Shown: positions 62,040 to 64,000 of the stretch, in pieces
Numbering within the stretch: the first letter of the stretch is position 1
How the letters are laid out: the number at the start of each line of letters is the position of its first letter
Assembly: GCA_934155645.1 (NCBI GenBank)
Contig: CAKPHC010000005.1
Span: 75,819 to 139,818 of the forward strand
Length of the DNA stretch: 64,000 nt
Source: an uncultured Bacilli bacterium
GTDB lineage: Bacteria > Bacillota_I > Bacilli_A > RF39 > UBA660
Direction of reading: 5' to 3'
Notes under the pieces: generated by a model
Seen by the model: only the letters and a program-made list of their open reading frames with translations
Told to the model about the DNA's origin: nothing
Database searches by the model: none
Program-made: the position numbers and the translations under genes

Positions 62040-62250
62040 AAGGAGTATAATTCCTTACCTAGCTAAATGACAGTTTTGCTTAGTTTTGAGAGATCGTATC
62101 TCTCAATGAAATAGTTCTTTGAAAACTAGATAATGTGAGTTCAATCTTTTTCATAACGAGCGAAAAAGATTGATGTATAATTATTTCTTTAATTTTTAAT
62201 AATTATTAAGATCTCATCAAATTAGGATATAACAATATCAAACAAATGGT

Positions 62251-64000
<1,750 letters not shown>

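Noticed and set aside
62040-62250. tRNA-Ile/tRNA-Ala in the 16S-23S spacer.
   Set aside because: No cloverleaf-compatible sequence is present, and the GGGCCTATAGCTCAG / GGGGCCTTAGCTCAG-type 5' ends are absent. The spacer appears to lack a tRNA.

Overview
This window is from a low-GC (roughly 27-30% GC) Firmicutes chromosome that uses the standard genetic code. Long ORFs contain no in-frame TGA, and TGA serves as a stop in prfB. The 16S sequence and gene order point to an Erysipelotrichia/Bacilli-like gut Firmicute.

Most of the window is conserved housekeeping on the + strand:
- ychF (5' partial), rpsF-ssb-rpsR, tilS-ftsH, dusB, lysS, clpC, prfB (with its programmed +1 frameshift).
- ftsE-ftsX with a coiled-coil M23 peptidase, then uvrB-[radical SAM]-[HAD]-uvrA, lgt, trxB.
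- secE-nusG-[unknown]-rplK-rplA-rplJ-rplL-ybxB-like methyltransferase-rpoB-rpoC, then mscL, pgi, an SPFH protein and a DUF402 protein.
- An rRNA operon at the end: three tandem promoters, 16S, a tRNA-less ITS and the 5' part of 23S.

Two accessory regions stand out.
1. A tightly packed six-gene operon of secreted and membrane-anchored proteins at 1.9-7.4 kb. None carries an LPXTG motif.
   - One protein carries a C-terminal type-I dockerin.
   - A 720-aa protein has two cohesin-like domains, four cadherin-like beta-sandwich repeats and a C-terminal anchor. Its domains are separated by an internal 'anchor plus signal-peptide' hairpin whose DNA is homologous to its own 3' end.
   - Two paralogous secreted proteins and two paralogous type-II anchored proteins of unrecognised fold complete the operon.
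   - This looks like a non-cellulosomal cohesin-dockerin cell-surface assembly and is the best candidate for an undescribed system.
2. A 2564-aa multi-domain membrane glycosyltransferase at 49.7-57.3 kb.
   - It has a GT2/GT84-like domain with DxD and QxxRW motifs, a central domain, and a C-terminal GH94-like domain with DWND/FRDQLQD motifs.
   - The architecture matches cyclic beta-1,2-glucan synthase (Cgs/NdvB/ChvB).
   - It is translationally coupled to pgi and sits divergent from an HdeD-like membrane protein.

Smaller items:
- a radical SAM/SPASM enzyme start-stop overlapped with uvrB;
- an unknown 283-aa ORF inserted between nusG and rplK;
- putative r-protein leaders, and a candidate SOS box in the uvrB promoter.

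No CRISPR arrays, transposases or integrases were seen.
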